From sequence record MW812342.1: a stretch of 64,000 bases of DNA. The stretch is one strand, 5' to 3'. This document shows positions 26,621 to 36,098 of this stretch, piece by piece (positions within the stretch are counted from its first letter, which is position 1; every line of letters begins with the position of its first letter). A program made the translations under genes and the position numbers. The notes under the pieces are model-generated. The model ran no database searches. It had not been told where the DNA came from and saw only the letters and a program-made list of their open reading frames with translations.

Positions 26621-29600
26621 TTAATCTCTAAATACGATGGCCTTGTAGTTGCTGCCTACGAGCTGCAAGTCCATCCCCACGTAGTTAATCGCGCTTGGCA
26701 GACCATCCGCCCATTGTGCCGCGGCGATGCTGTTTGCGATAACGGATTTCTTGAGGTCAATCGCTTGCGAGTTCCCGGCGACACCTTCGTAAATACGCAC
26801 ACGTCCCAACTCGCTGTAGTTGTTCAGGTAGTCGAGTGCCGAAACGTATTTGTGTTGCGCGTTGAACTGGCTACCGGTATAACTCAGTTTGATTTTTGCC
26901 GTATTGCTCAACGATGCCCCGATGCCGAAATAAATCGGTTTTTCAGGTGTGTTGAGAAGCAGGGCAACATCGAAATCCGCCGCCGCTAAACGGCTTGTGA
27001 TGTCTGTCGTGCTTTTCGCCCCGGTGTCTGTCCGCTCAATCACCATCGTTGACGCTGTCGCGCTTAACGTCACCGTGTACTTGAGGGTGTAGTTAATCAG
27101 ACTGACGGTACCGGTCATGACGATATTAGGTCCACGGTTGATGCCGTAGGTCAGCCGCGGATTGAGTCTGTCAAAAGAAGACGCTACCGCGTAACGGGAC
27201 TCGTCGATACCCAACGTGAATCCCGGCGTCGGCCCGACCGCACCCCAGTTCCCGCATAACGCAAGGTTGACACGGTTACCCGCGGGACTGTTAATTCCCG
27301 ACGTGGTCACGGCAAGGGACAAGGTACGGAAGCCATTACCTTTCTTGTACGCCAAGAGGTGCAGTACACCATCGCCGCTAACGCCATTCACCTCCGGCAC
27401 GATGTTCACACCCACACCGTCAACGTACGAGAGTGGTGTCAAGTTCACCCATCCCGCACGGAACGTACTGGTAACCCGAAAACCCTCATCGGTAGGGTAG
27501 CCCGCCGCGAGCGCCGTCAGACCATCGACAGAAAACTCTCGCCAGTCACTACCGACCGTGTTCACCGAGCCTGACCCACCGGCCCACGAAATGCCTTCTT
27601 TTCCGTAGCTGTACCCAAAATCCGCCTGCGTGATAGCACGGGGAGTGTGGGCATTCACATCGGCGGCGTGGTCAGTCAGTTCACGGTAGTCACCCAAGCG
27701 TGTCACGTTACGCACACTGGCAGAGACAACCCCGTCTTCGTCGGTCAGGATATCACCGATGCGCGTCATCGTTTCCGATTCAGCCAGATTGGCACTATCT
27801 TTAATGACGTAGACCGCCGCATTGTCAACGATGTCCACGAAGATACCGAAAGTGGTGTCTTCATGACTTGCCGGGAACAGCTCCGCGACGTTGAACGTGG
27901 TCAGCGGCACCGTGTAATCCCGCCCAACGAAATAGTTGTTCGCTTTGATGGAGACCATCCAACCCGTAACCGTCACAGCGGCTTGAATTGCACCGTTGCC
28001 GCTGTCACCGTAACGCAGGATATCAATCACCGCATTCGGGTCACTGTTATCCTGAACCGCTTCAAGTTTCGCCACGTCTTTCAATTGTTGAACCACGTAG
28101 GAACCGTCGAGGGCAAGCGTGGCATCATTTACCAGCCCACCGTAGCGAATAAGACCCGCTTTCGCCGTGGTGGCCGAACCGATACTAAACGCCGGTGCAT
28201 CATGGGTGTGACCAACTTGCGCATACTTCGCAAACTCGGTGGCTTGTGCAGTAGAAACCGGCAAGGTGTCGTCGCTGATGTTTTCCACACTGCCCAGATT
28301 CAACGTGTACTTATCGATGGTCACTGACGAGGCTAGTGACACTCCGTTAATGTACGCGCGGGCTTTCTCGAGTTTTCCGGTGAACGTTTGTGCCAGCTTT
28401 TTAATCAGTGCCGGGGTGGCGGCTAACGATTGCGAATCACCAAACTCGCTGGTGAGTAAGCGCATGGCAAGTGTGTTGACGTCTGAGTCAGACGGCGGAA
28501 CAAAGGTGAGGATAAACGGTTGGGTTTCAATCCCGTTACCAGTGATGGTGACCGTTGTGGAGTTGGCACCGTAATAGACACCGTCACCACCCCCGCTGTT
28601 CCCCGGCAGGTACTGACCAACCGTCGTCGGGTCGAGTAAGATTTTGTTGTTCCACCGCAGACCACGCGAGTCAGGGTAGAGCACAAACGTATTCGCCCCG
28701 GCGGTAAACGTAATCGGTTGGTTACCGGCAGACACTCGGATATTGTCCCGCGCTAAGACACGCACCGCCTTGTCGTCAACCTGCAAGTTCGTCCCCACAC
28801 CGTTCGACTCGGCGTCTTTTGATGAGGTGATGGACGACAGGCCCGGCAGCATGGTGAAGGTACCCGTAATCGTGCGGGCAGCACCGGTACGGAGCATTTT
28901 GTCGGTGAAGTCTGCGGCTTTCGCGCTGAGGCCATTCACATACGTGGCTAATTGCGCCTGTGTGCGTCCATACACGAGCGTTGCATCGTCAGCAATACCG
29001 TTGGTCTCAATCGCCCGCATACGCCCGTAGGAATCGTCTCCGTGGGGATTGTTCTTATCGGTAACGTGTGCGATTGCCGGTGAGGTACGATACAGCCGGT
29101 CAACCAACTCGTGATACTTTTTGAGGATGGTTAAGACATCGCTGCCGTCGGAGTTTGCCGGGACTTGCGCAAGCTTCTTACCGATGGCCGCAATGGCCGT
29201 CATCAGTTCACGCTCACCTTTCCAGTTTTCCCAATCGAACTGGATATCCACCGGGGGGAAGTACACGTCCCCAATGACCATCTCCCATTGACACTCGGAC
29301 GGGAAGACGTCTTTATTACGGTCACGCTCAGCGTTGACCTGCGCAGTCGTGCCAGCACCGATACCTACCGCGTGGTAATCCAGTGTGAAGTTCTGCGTGT
29401 AATCGGGGTTAATTATCCACACCATGCCGTGTGTGGCACGGCCCGTCCGCTGCATAGAGGTCATGTACGGATGGGTAATGACATAGTCCGCGCCCAGCTT
29501 TAAAACTTTACCAGCACTTTTGACGACCAATGAACCGGTGTAAAAAGGGCCATTCTTCGGGACCAGCATGCGGTACTTCGTACCAATGACGGTTCCCGGC

Positions 29601-29656
29601 TCACCGGTAATTTTATTACCCGGTAATTTTTGATGCGGGTCAAAGACGACAGCCAT
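26621..29656 (-). CDS. Giant tail-fibre-like virion protein 1
   Basis: 1011 aa; PKNGPFY N-terminus; NNPHG; LGSVENISD..PVS.AQ; HTH; paralogous to the two downstream giants. Confidence 0.7.
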   Translation of the reverse strand: MAVVFDPHQKLPGNKITGEPGTVIGTKYRMLVPKNGPFYTGSLVVKSAGKVLKLGADYVITHPYMTSMQRTGRATHGMVWIINPDYTQNFTLDYHAVGIGAGTTAQVNAERDRNKDVFPSECQWEMVIGDVYFPPVDIQFDWENWKGERELMTAIAAIGKKLAQVPANSDGSDVLTILKKYHELVDRLYRTSPAIAHVTDKNNPHGDDSYGRMRAIETNGIADDATLVYGRTQAQLATYVNGLSAKAADFTDKMLRTGAARTITGTFTMLPGLSSITSSKDAESNGVGTNLQVDDKAVRVLARDNIRVSAGNQPITFTAGANTFVLYPDSRGLRWNNKILLDPTTVGQYLPGNSGGGDGVYYGANSTTVTITGNGIETQPFILTFVPPSDSDVNTLAMRLLTSEFGDSQSLAATPALIKKLAQTFTGKLEKARAYINGVSLASSVTIDKYTLNLGSVENISDDTLPVSTAQATEFAKYAQVGHTHDAPAFSIGSATTAKAGLIRYGGLVNDATLALDGSYVVQQLKDVAKLEAVQDNSDPNAVIDILRYGDSGNGAIQAAVTVTGWMVSIKANNYFVGRDYTVPLTTFNVAELFPASHEDTTFGIFVDIVDNAAVYVIKDSANLAESETMTRIGDILTDEDGVVSASVRNVTRLGDYRELTDHAADVNAHTPRAITQADFGYSYGKEGISWAGGSGSVNTVGSDWREFSVDGLTALAAGYPTDEGFRVTSTFRAGWVNLTPLSYVDGVGVNIVPEVNGVSGDGVLHLLAYKKGNGFRTLSLAVTTSGINSPAGNRVNLALCGNWGAVGPTPGFTLGIDESRYAVASSFDRLNPRLTYGINRGPNIVMTGTVSLINYTLKYTVTLSATASTMVIERTDTGAKSTTDITSRLAAADFDVALLLNTPEKPIYFGIGASLSNTAKIKLSYTGSQFNAQHKYVSALDYLNNYSELGRVRIYEGVAGNSQAIDLKKSVIANSIAAAQWADGLPSAINYVGMDLQLVGSNYKAIVFRD

Positions 29657-29688
29657 TTTCTACTCCTTAATATCCAAGTCGTCGAGTT

Positions 29689-29697
29689 CATACTATG
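29689..29697. promoter_or_regulatory. Back-to-back TATG late-promoter motifs (divergent)
   Basis: CATA-C-TATG lies in the 66-bp gap between divergent structural genes. TATG is the phiKZ-type non-virion RNAP late promoter motif. Confidence 0.45.
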
Positions 29698-29722
29698 ACC
29701 TGAACCCTTAGAGGAATCGCTT

Positions 29723-30982
29723 GTGGATGCTATTTATCAAGTGCGGGGCGACTGTGCATTTGGCTTCTCCAGAGACACCCGGACTTGGGTTGCCATCGAC
29801 GTTTCCCAGCCATTAAAAACACTCTGTGGGGATTACCACACCTTCGAAGTGGGGTTAGAATCCCTCGGACGCGAGTTTACCTTATTCAGTCTGTATTACT
29901 TAGGCGAACTCCAGCAGCGTTCTGATACGTTGCAAGACTGGTTAAACACCAAAGCGGGGATAAGTCTGGCCCTGTTGAAAGATGGTCTGCCTAAGCTCGA
30001 GTTTGTAGAAGGCCACTACCAGTGCCTGAATGCCCCTGTGGGGCCAGAAGCCTATCTGTGCCCACCAAACTATCACTACAGTCAGGATTTTGCGTTAGAC
30101 GACGCGAGCGACATGGTGGTGCTGGCAACCGGGGACGACCGGCAGACATTAGCCACCAATGCGTTGTTCAACGTTAACGGTCAGTGGGTACCCCACAAAC
30201 AAGACACCGTGGGTGTGCGCTTACCGGGGGCGGGTAATGTGGTTCGTCGTAGCGGACAATCGGACATCGGGTGTTGGTTCTTCGATGACATTGGATCGGT
30301 TGAAACGTATCCCCTGAAAGACCTGACGATTACCAAACTGGACACCACGCGTGATTACCACTCTACCCTGATGGTCTCACTCCCAGCGAGTATTACCGGG
30401 AAAACGGTCGGGTATGTGATTGGCGGTATCCTGCATTGGTTGAAACCGGAGTTCTATTTCAGCGACAAAGCAATCATGCTGAGTCTGCCGAACATGAGCC
30501 TGATTAAAACCATCATGGAAACCCGTGAGTATTACGACTGGGAGAAAATCGGTCTGGGGGATTTGTCCACGCCGACTTCGGTCAATGCGCTCAAGAACCC
30601 GGAGAACTTCAAAGCGTTACTCCAGCACGAGTCGAGCTTCATCGTGTTGGTCGATAACCCGTATCTGGAGTTTGAAGAACTCGGTCTGAATCACGGTGCG
30701 TCGTATGGCCGTTTCCACCTGCGTGACCCGAATGATATCGACAGTGAAAAGCCACTCGGCCCACTGTTTAATCAGTTCGGCAAATGCGTGGGCTACTGGC
30801 CAACGTGGGAAGACGGTGAATGGACATTCCATACCGGCGAGCTGACTCGACCCAATTGGTTGTTTAATCGCAGCCAGTGGCAGAATCAGGGTCTGGTGAA
30901 TGACGCCATCCCGATTCACAGTTATCAGCCGTACCGCGTTATCAACGCGTACATGAAGCGCGTTAAAGCACGAAAAAAATAA
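29723..30982 (+). CDS. Conserved jumbo-phage virion structural protein (putative)
   Basis: 419 aa, GTG start with SD GAGGA, divergent from the fibre operon; no specific family recognised. Confidence 0.6.
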   Translation: MDAIYQVRGDCAFGFSRDTRTWVAIDVSQPLKTLCGDYHTFEVGLESLGREFTLFSLYYLGELQQRSDTLQDWLNTKAGISLALLKDGLPKLEFVEGHYQCLNAPVGPEAYLCPPNYHYSQDFALDDASDMVVLATGDDRQTLATNALFNVNGQWVPHKQDTVGVRLPGAGNVVRRSGQSDIGCWFFDDIGSVETYPLKDLTITKLDTTRDYHSTLMVSLPASITGKTVGYVIGGILHWLKPEFYFSDKAIMLSLPNMSLIKTIMETREYYDWEKIGLGDLSTPTSVNALKNPENFKALLQHESSFIVLVDNPYLEFEELGLNHGASYGRFHLRDPNDIDSEKPLGPLFNQFGKCVGYWPTWEDGEWTFHTGELTRPNWLFNRSQWQNQGLVNDAIPIHSYQPYRVINAYMKRVKARKK

Positions 30983-31030
30983 CCTGTCTACCTCTCCTTC
31001 ACGGGAGAGGTAGTGGTTTTACTTTTTTTT
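30975..31030. terminator. Bidirectional terminator
   Basis: CTACCTCTCC-TTCACG-GGAGAGGTAG flanked by A- and T-tracts. Confidence 0.8.
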
Positions 31031-31032
31031 TC

Positions 31033-31242
31033 TTATTCAGCTTTGTAGACGATGGCGCTACCGTGCTGGGTGTTGTTGCCGGAGATACCGACCACCTTGA
31101 ACGCATCGCCGCCTGCTTCTTCGGCTTTCTTAGCCAGCGCGGCAGTTACGTCGTCAACAGTCGAACCGGTAGCACTGACGTTACCGATTTTCTTGTAGTT
31201 AGACGGAATGGTTTCTGCGCTTGCGAACTCTTTAATGCTCAT
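31033..31242 (-). CDS. DUF1471 (YdgH/BhsA/McbA/YhcN-like) domain protein lacking a signal peptide
   Basis: IGNVSATGSTVDDVTAALAKKAEEAGGDAFKV...N..HGSA.VYK is the DUF1471 pattern; SD GAGGA. Confidence 0.8.
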   Translation of the reverse strand: MSIKEFASAETIPSNYKKIGNVSATGSTVDDVTAALAKKAEEAGGDAFKVVGISGNNTQHGSAIVYKAE

Positions 31243-31304
31243 TACAAAATCCTCTTTCTGATTAAAGGCACAATGCCATGTAGCATATTAACAGGCCAGA
31301 ACAG

Positions 31305-31342
31305 TAAAAAGAAAAGAACCCTACTCCGAGGAGTAGGGGTTT
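31305..31342 (-). terminator. Intrinsic terminator
   Basis: CCCTACTCC-GA-GGAGTAGGG with an A-rich tract on the plus strand. Confidence 0.65.
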
Positions 31343-31496
31343 CCCATGGCGTTAATTTAGACCGAGGTCTGCCATGCCTATTGTGAACATCTTCAAATTA
31401 GCGCTGAAAAAAAGTGGCTGCTTAACAAGACGGGGTTTAATGTCGTCGAGTAGTCGACAGCTATGACGTTTGTCATAATAGACAGGTGTCTTGTAA

Positions 31497-31751
31497 TTAA
31501 TGTTTCAATTCGTTCCGCTTGGTGTGAAACACCATATCGCGTTTCGCCGGGGTCAGTATCGGATAGTCAACAAAACCCGGTTGGTGGCGATTTTTCTCTT
31601 TGGCTTCTTTCGAGGCCCAGAAAGGAACATCCAGCACAAACACCAGTTCCCCACGCGCCACAGGGCCAGTGTAACCCTGCTGACCTACGACTGAACTGTC
31701 GATAAGTCCGGGTTGTCCCGTAAACGTAATCATTCTGTCTTTGATACCCAT
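31497..31751 (-). CDS. Hypothetical protein downstream of the spike
   Basis: 84 aa, starting 11 nt after the spike stop, with AGGG upstream. Confidence 0.5.
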   Translation of the reverse strand: MGIKDRMITFTGQPGLIDSSVVGQQGYTGPVARGELVFVLDVPFWASKEAKEKNRHQPGFVDYPILTPAKRDMVFHTKRNELKH

Positions 31752-31762
31752 CGTTCTGCCCT

Positions 31763-32689
31763 TTATTGCGGTTTCGATACCAGCTGACCATCACCCTGTT
31801 CGCGGTGTGTGTGAACGGAGAACGTGATATTCGCAATCTTCGCATCGGACACAGTAAACAACCCTTTACCTTCACCTGTCCCAGCGTACATGAAGTCTTT
31901 CATCACATCGACATTGCCAGTGAACTTAGACTTCGGTGAATCGACCAGCCAGTCTTGTGTCTTGAAGGTGGCGGACTTACCGGCCGTCACATCCCAGACT
32001 TCACACTTACCCTTGATGGTTTTGGTTTCCATGTTTATCGATTTCTTCGAGAACATGAAGATGTCTTCTTTGTTCATGTTGATTTTCGAGAGCATGGCGT
32101 TTTCAAACCCAAGGTCATATTCCAGTGAGTTCATGTAATACTGGTTACCGAGGTGGTCACGGCAAAGCCATGTACCATCACGGGTGTTGAACTGATGAAT
32201 GTAGGCCGCTTTCTCCCCGTTCATCATTGACGTACGCAACGTGATGTGTCCGTCCATCGGTGAGTAGTTCACCACGTAGGCATTCGACAAGTCATCAGCC
32301 ATCATGTTGTTCGGGTCGGCTGAGAACGCAAAGATAGCATCCTCTAACCGCTTCACGTTCGCGGTGTTCAGGTCAACCCAAAAGAAGATGTCCGTTTCGC
32401 CCAGTTGGTAGATTAACACTTGGTCTTCTTTACGGACGTTTGGGGAGTTGACCCGGTTCGAGTTGAACTTCCACCACCGTGCAGTAATGGTGTTCCCCTC
32501 TTTGACTTTCAGGTTATCGGTTGCGGTGCCCGTGGAGTGGGATTTTTCTGTTTCCATCTCTTGGACAGCAACCTTGGTCGGTTCCATGAAGCTGACTTCA
32601 ATGGGAATGATTCTCACGATATCGGTTTTCCGTGCTTTGTCTTCGGCAACGATACCCAGAGAATAGAAATGGACTTGAGACTTTTCCAC
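31763..32689 (-). CDS. Baseplate central spike (gpV/gp5/VgrG-like)
   Basis: It has an OB-fold-like N-terminus (A.W...N.NRV.SP.VRK...V.IY), a beta-helix-like repeat region and a C-terminal HTH (HxH) iron-binding apex. The GTG at 32689 has a perfect GAGGAGG SD; an alternative ATG lies at 32710. Confidence 0.78.
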   Translation of the reverse strand: MEKSQVHFYSLGIVAEDKARKTDIVRIIPIEVSFMEPTKVAVQEMETEKSHSTGTATDNLKVKEGNTITARWWKFNSNRVNSPNVRKEDQVLIYQLGETDIFFWVDLNTANVKRLEDAIFAFSADPNNMMADDLSNAYVVNYSPMDGHITLRTSMMNGEKAAYIHQFNTRDGTWLCRDHLGNQYYMNSLEYDLGFENAMLSKINMNKEDIFMFSKKSINMETKTIKGKCEVWDVTAGKSATFKTQDWLVDSPKSKFTGNVDVMKDFMYAGTGEGKGLFTVSDAKIANITFSVHTHREQGDGQLVSKPQ

Positions 32690-32974
32690 GTTTACCTCCT
32701 CGGTTCTCATATTACCCCTTTTTTACGTCTGATCCGTTTGATGTGTCGAAGGGAAACCGTCGGGGGAAAGGGGGGATCTGTGTGAGGATTGCATAGATCA
32801 ACGGAGGTAGCGTCCCTGCTACCGACACCCTTTATTCTTTTTGTCTTGACCTTGCCTTATTCTTTTTTTACATCAGTGAGCAGTCGTATGGCATTGGGCC
32901 ATACGGATACTGTTTTCGACTCCCGATTAGGGAACCGTCGGTTATCCTTTCTTCCTTTTTCAGAGGTATTAGAG

Positions 32975-33682
32975 ATGGGCAAAATCAATTACAACTTCGA
33001 CTTTAAGTTAGGTGCTAAGCTCTTAGAAGAAAATGTTCTTCGCGCCCCAAACTCTCATTGGCGTGTGAAGTTTGGGAAGCTCCTTGCGGAATCTGGCATA
33101 CGGGCTATCGCGGCTCCGTACTATAACATTCGCGATTTGGTTCCCGTAACCCCTTGCGAAGACCGTGAAGGGGGTGCGGTGATTCTCGAACTCAATGATA
33201 ACGAATACCTGCGGCAGTTAGAGAACCACTACGCGAAGATGCTCACCGCGGCACACGAAGCCGTCGATAAGAAAGTCGTGGTTGGTAACGTGTCCTCTAA
33301 ACTGACTATTCGTCAGCATGGCGGCTCCAAAAGGGCAGTTGTGTTAGAGCTGTGGATAATGGGGAACATCAATGACGGACACCCACAGGGCGTGAAGCCG
33401 TTTACGGAATGTTTTGTGTTTGAAGCTGAAATGGAACGCGATCCGTACCCGACCGGCACGACGGATTTTGGTACTGACGAAGAACGCATCCCAGATGTAC
33501 AAGAACGCAGCATTAATTCGCCGGTCTATCTGGTACAGGCTCAAAACGTGAAGTCCACCTTTGGTGTGGGGGCAAAAGAAAACCCCGAACGCATCTACAT
33601 CATGGCGCGTTGGGCAGGCTGGAGTGAAGTGAAATTCTACGGCGGTCAGGTGTTGCTGATAGCGAAGCTGTCTATCGGTTAA
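32975..33682 (+). CDS. Hypothetical protein
   Basis: The likely start ATG 32975 (MGKINYNF) has SD GAGG; 235 aa. Confidence 0.6.
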   Translation: MGKINYNFDFKLGAKLLEENVLRAPNSHWRVKFGKLLAESGIRAIAAPYYNIRDLVPVTPCEDREGGAVILELNDNEYLRQLENHYAKMLTAAHEAVDKKVVVGNVSSKLTIRQHGGSKRAVVLELWIMGNINDGHPQGVKPFTECFVFEAEMERDPYPTGTTDFGTDEERIPDVQERSINSPVYLVQAQNVKSTFGVGAKENPERIYIMARWAGWSEVKFYGGQVLLIAKLSIG

Positions 33683-33686
33683 CGTT

Positions 33687-33704
33687 GTGGGGCTTCGGCC
33701 CCAC
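33687..33704 (+). terminator. Hairpin/terminator
   Basis: GTGGGGC-TTCG-GCCCCAC. Confidence 0.6.
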
Positions 33705-33719
33705 TCTGATTATATTTTT

Positions 33720-33746
33720 TCTCAGATATATATTACTTAGGTGAGA
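33720..33746 (+). promoter_or_regulatory. Early (virion RNAP) promoter
   Basis: TCTCAGATATATATTACTTAGGTGAGA contains the phiKZ early consensus TATATTAC and is 26/27 identical to the copy at 36710. Confidence 0.75.
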
Positions 33747-33790
33747 TTGCATTCGTAATCTTTAACCTTACTGACTATCGAGGAACGCGT

Positions 33791-34330
33791 ATGTTCATTT
33801 TACAGACCCACCACGAATTGATGACCGACGCTAAGTACCACCACTGTGACGCGGCGAAAGAGTATCGCTTTCCTGTAAGCCTAGACCATTTACTGTACCT
33901 AAAGAAGCTGACGTACCTCGTGACGCTGGACGGCGATAAAGCCACACACGTTCAACCGCTGACCATGGTGGGGGATACCTGTTATCTTTACGTCGACAAA
34001 ATCAGTGTCGGTACGCTAAGTGCGCTACGTTTACTGTTAGGCCCATTCAGGAATACACATAAGGCGTTATTTCAAATCGTCTGCAAGCCAGAAGGTCGCG
34101 ATGTGGCAATCCCGGCACGTTATTACGGGTTTGCTGTTCCTAAAGAAATGGCCACACTGGAGCATCTTTCTAAAGTCATGGCTGAAGAAGTTGCACGCAT
34201 CCAGTTGGAAACTATTGCAGAGTTACCAGAAGGGCAGGAACTGGTTATGCAATGGTCGCCCGATGAAGATTTGGCCGATTACCTCATCGGTAACGGTTTT
34301 ACGTTTGCTAACGTTGTTTACGATTTATAG
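33791..34330 (+). CDS. Hypothetical early protein
   Basis: 179 aa, SD GAGGA. Confidence 0.65.
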   Translation: MFILQTHHELMTDAKYHHCDAAKEYRFPVSLDHLLYLKKLTYLVTLDGDKATHVQPLTMVGDTCYLYVDKISVGTLSALRLLLGPFRNTHKALFQIVCKPEGRDVAIPARYYGFAVPKEMATLEHLSKVMAEEVARIQLETIAELPEGQELVMQWSPDEDLADYLIGNGFTFANVVYDL

Positions 34331-34348
34331 ACTATCGAGGAAGCTACT

Positions 34349-34954
34349 ATGTGCCAATTTCCAGATTTTAAAGATATCCTGAATGAACTTGAGCAGGATG
34401 CGGACAGTGTTGAGTACGCAGAGTTAGCGCGGTTCTTACCCAACGATACTTCTAACCTCTACGATATCCTTGACCCTGAGGCAGTATTAAGCGTCAGCCT
34501 TATCCGGGCACAGAACACGGGGTTCGCAAAGAACCTGTTTGGTGATCTGTTCAATGGCCTGAATCGCGACATGCTTATCAGTTCCTCACAACTTCGTGTG
34601 GAAGCTTCGACGATACGTATTCGTCGCTGGGGCCGAAGTATCCGAGTCATGGGGGTATCCTTATTTTACAAACCCAACCTGTTCCCGGATGACAAAGGCC
34701 CAATTGAAATACACCTCGCACTTCGGGACGGGTGGGAAGATACGTGGATGGCGGTTGAACATGACAAGTTCCCTGACCCAAACGACGTTACAGCCAACGA
34801 GCCGATGCGGTTACTTTCCGCGAACGACCTGCGTGCTATTTGCAGTCCTTTAATCCCGCGCGAACATCACCCTCGCGTTATTGCCGCATTAGCTAACCAA
34901 TACGGTTGGCGCAGAGCAATTCCAGCAGGTAATCAAGTGTGCTTAATCGGATGA
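34349..34954 (+). CDS. Hypothetical early protein
   Basis: 201 aa, SD GAGGA. Confidence 0.65.
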   Translation: MCQFPDFKDILNELEQDADSVEYAELARFLPNDTSNLYDILDPEAVLSVSLIRAQNTGFAKNLFGDLFNGLNRDMLISSSQLRVEASTIRIRRWGRSIRVMGVSLFYKPNLFPDDKGPIEIHLALRDGWEDTWMAVEHDKFPDPNDVTANEPMRLLSANDLRAICSPLIPREHHPRVIAALANQYGWRRAIPAGNQVCLIG

Positions 34955-35496
34955 AAAATAAAATGATTGTAAAACAAATGAACAGCGGTGAAATCATGTT
35001 CAATTACGGTAAAGAATTTCCTGCCGTGCAAAAATTACCTATCGCCGGGGAATACATCGTCTTTGAAGATGATCACAAACCAGCAGTTATCTTCAAATAT
35101 GCCATGATGGGGGCATCGCGCGTTTTCCTGCTCGAGTCCATCTTCACCACCAAAAGCGAACTGTCCGCGCGCGAACTGTGTGCGTTTTGTCCCGGTGGGC
35201 CAAAGCAGTTTTCGGTTATCTTTGTTCTTCCTCTTTCACTTACGGTCGAGGATAAAGACCCGACGGGTTCCATTTGTGCACCAGACGGCGAGAACGGTTA
35301 CAAAGGGATTAGCGATGCGTTGATTTTGACCGACGCGCACCACTTCTCTAACGACGACATTGACAAGTTACTGAAAGGTGCAGAAGGCCGTAATGTGGCT
35401 GTCTGCTACGGCAATGACGTTCTCCGTACAAAAGCGCTGCGCCATCTGGCGGAGCACCACAACTATTGTGTAGCAAAACACATCTATTCATTCTAA
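34951..35496 (+). CDS. Hypothetical early protein
   Basis: ATGA overlap with the upstream stop; alternative GTG start at 34939. Confidence 0.6.
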   Translation: MKNKMIVKQMNSGEIMFNYGKEFPAVQKLPIAGEYIVFEDDHKPAVIFKYAMMGASRVFLLESIFTTKSELSARELCAFCPGGPKQFSVIFVLPLSLTVEDKDPTGSICAPDGENGYKGISDALILTDAHHFSNDDIDKLLKGAEGRNVAVCYGNDVLRTKALRHLAEHHNYCVAKHIYSF

Positions 35497-35506
35497 GGAG
35501 CAAGAC

Positions 35507-36070
35507 ATGCGCTATGAAGCGTTTCACATCTGCAAACCTTCTACCTTCATTGAGTCACTGAAAGCAATGGAGGGCACCACCCTCGTTGAAATGCGCCCGA
35601 CGTTCTATACAGCGACTCGTGAAGGGGCGCAAAAGATTGCCAAGCAGTACGGCAGCGTGACAATCATCCCGGTCACACTCAGCCTGTCGCGTCCGTTTAT
35701 CAACGCACCGGAAGCGGCGCGAATCACACTCGACTGGTTCTATGAGTTCCTTCCAGCCTATAAAGTGCTTGCGATCGCCGGTCGATTCGAGCACCTTTTA
35801 GTCAACACCAGTCGCTGGCAGGAACTTGAGGCCAGTCACGGGACACCACTCACACTGGCCGCTCTTTACGACCGGAGCCTTCAGGACTTCTTGACGTTAC
35901 CTTTAGAAATCTGTGCATTAGCCGAAGATGGCGCGATACGGAACATGGTTTCGTCAATGGGGTACGATGGCTTCATCTATGGTGGTAGCGGCGATGCCGA
36001 AGGGGAAGTGATTTATTATCCCCTGAACACCGCCAGCATTCGCTATGGCAGTGAAGAAATGGTGAGTTAA
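35507..36070 (+). CDS. ADP-ribosyltransferase-like protein (ART-PolyVal type)
   Basis: Motif order FH...FYT..R..A...Y...V.L.L.RPF...GYDGFI...E.IYYP.N...IRY matches the ART-PolyVal pattern. Confidence 0.55.
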   Translation: MRYEAFHICKPSTFIESLKAMEGTTLVEMRPTFYTATREGAQKIAKQYGSVTIIPVTLSLSRPFINAPEAARITLDWFYEFLPAYKVLAIAGRFEHLLVNTSRWQELEASHGTPLTLAALYDRSLQDFLTLPLEICALAEDGAIRNMVSSMGYDGFIYGGSGDAEGEVIYYPLNTASIRYGSEEMVS

Positions 36071-36074
36071 GTCG

Positions 36075-36098
36075 TGGGGACACTGTCCCCAATTTTTT
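36075..36098 (+). terminator. Intrinsic terminator
   Basis: TGGGGAC-ACT-GTCCCCA followed by a T-run. Confidence 0.65.

Noticed and set aside
31390-31475. 27-codon minus-strand ORF (MTNVIAVDYS...) between the 84-aa gene and DUF1471
   Set aside because: It is very short, with no convincing SD and no supporting features.
32880-32945. tRNA-like TTCGACTCCC segment
   Set aside because: The flanks do not form a T-stem, acceptor stem or anticodon arm, so there is no cloverleaf.
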